Shown here: positions 28,009 through 28,703 of the stretch, in pieces
Numbering within the stretch: position 1 is the stretch's first letter
Layout of the letters: every line of letters begins with the position of its first letter
Position numbers and translations under genes: made by a program
From: a virus
Lineage: Duplodnaviria; Caudoviricetes
Reading direction: 5' to 3' (one strand)
Virus record (IMG/VR): IMGVR_UViG_3300005611_000153
Coordinates: 1-28,703 of that record
DNA length: 28,703 nucleotides
The notes under the pieces: model-generated
Databases searched by the model: none
What the model was told of the DNA's origin: nothing
Seen by the model: the letters and a program-made list of their open reading frames with translations, nothing else

Positions 28009-28703
28009 ATGGCAGAACAAGATTTAAAAGGAAAAACTGGAAAAGAACTACAGGAAGCCATTCTTCAAGAGCAGGCAGGACAGGCTGAACAACAAGCTCT
28101 TGATCCATCTCAAAAATTAGACCTAGAAAAAAAGGAAGTTAAGCAAGAAGAACTCTTAGATTCTACTGCTTACGACTTGCCTGAGACAACTATACAGCCT
28201 TCTAAACAATTAGATATTAAAGATTTCCAACAACAATCTCCTGAAAAGACTGCAGCACCAACTTATGACGCCACAAAAGTGGGCAACATAGGTGAGATGA
28301 AACAAGTAAAAGGAGAGGTATCCGATAAAGCTGTGATGGATGCCGCACAGGGTTCACTATCTGAAGGTGCTTTAGCTACTGCGGCCACAGAAGAATTGGA
28401 TGCTAGAGCTACTGTAAAATATCAGATGGCTGAGTTATTTAAAAGTATAGAAGAAGGATCAGAATTACCCCCGTGGGCATCTCCTGCTGTACGTAAAGTA
28501 TCGGCGATTATGGCTCAACGAGGACTAGGTTCTTCTAGCATGGCTGCATCAGCGATAACACAAGCTGTGTATGAAGCAGGCATACCTATCGCTATACAAG
28601 ATGCAAATAAGTACGGTGCAATACAGTTACAAAATTTGAATAACAGACAACAGGCTGCATTACAAAATGCAACAGCCACTGCTTCTATGGATATGGCTAA
28701 TCT
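28009..28703 (+). CDS. Large A/Q-rich protein truncated at the window end; possible internal virion/ejection protein
   Basis: Open from ATG 28009 to the end; PPWASPAVR...RGLGSSSMAA...QNLNNRQQAALQNA. Confidence 0.7.
   Translation, partial: MAEQDLKGKTGKELQEAILQEQAGQAEQQALDPSQKLDLEKKEVKQEELLDSTAYDLPETTIQPSKQLDIKDFQQQSPEKTAAPTYDATKVGNIGEMKQVKGEVSDKAVMDAAQGSLSEGALATAATEELDARATVKYQMAELFKSIEEGSELPPWASPAVRKVSAIMAQRGLGSSSMAASAITQAVYEAGIPIAIQDANKYGAIQLQNLNNRQQAALQNATATASMDMAN

Noticed and set aside
159-28108. Minus-strand and nested alternative-frame ORFs in the track
   Set aside because: Nearly all are shadows of well-supported + strand genes and have no recognisable motifs; 159-341 lies in the regulatory region and is unsupported
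368-28703. Alternative genetic code, introns or inteins
   Set aside because: Core genes are intact and densely packed under the standard code; TerL and capsid lengths leave no room for insertions
1-28703. tRNA, rRNA, integrase or transposase
   Set aside because: No intergenic space or motifs supporting them were seen

Overview
Structural and packaging half of a tailed dsDNA phage, AT-rich, with all real genes on the + strand and many TAATG/ATGA overlaps. From memory (no search was run), the gene set resembles marine podovirus-like phages of the uvMED/pelagiphage kind. Gene order: 23-bp tandem array, large terminase, two accessory genes (one an 805-aa multidomain effector-like protein), portal, small membrane/holin genes, GroES, scaffold, capsid genes, small basic proteins, head-tail adaptors, five fibre-like genes with small partner genes, and a truncated probable internal virion protein. 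Main observations: (1) the protein between terL and portal appears to join a pre-toxin-TG-like segment, a DUF6884/YaaA-like domain, an ADP-ribosyltransferase-like domain and a HExxH peptidase, with a duplicated GG-containing motif; (2) a short xxxGG motif recurs in several unrelated non-core proteins and may be a capsid-loading or cleavage tag; (3) four tail fibres form a complete 2x2 matrix of N-terminal and body modules that switch at one shared 13-nt junction; (4) there is a compact H-type pseudoknot before a fibre partner gene and a structured leader after the capsid terminator. Domain calls rest on motif recognition only.
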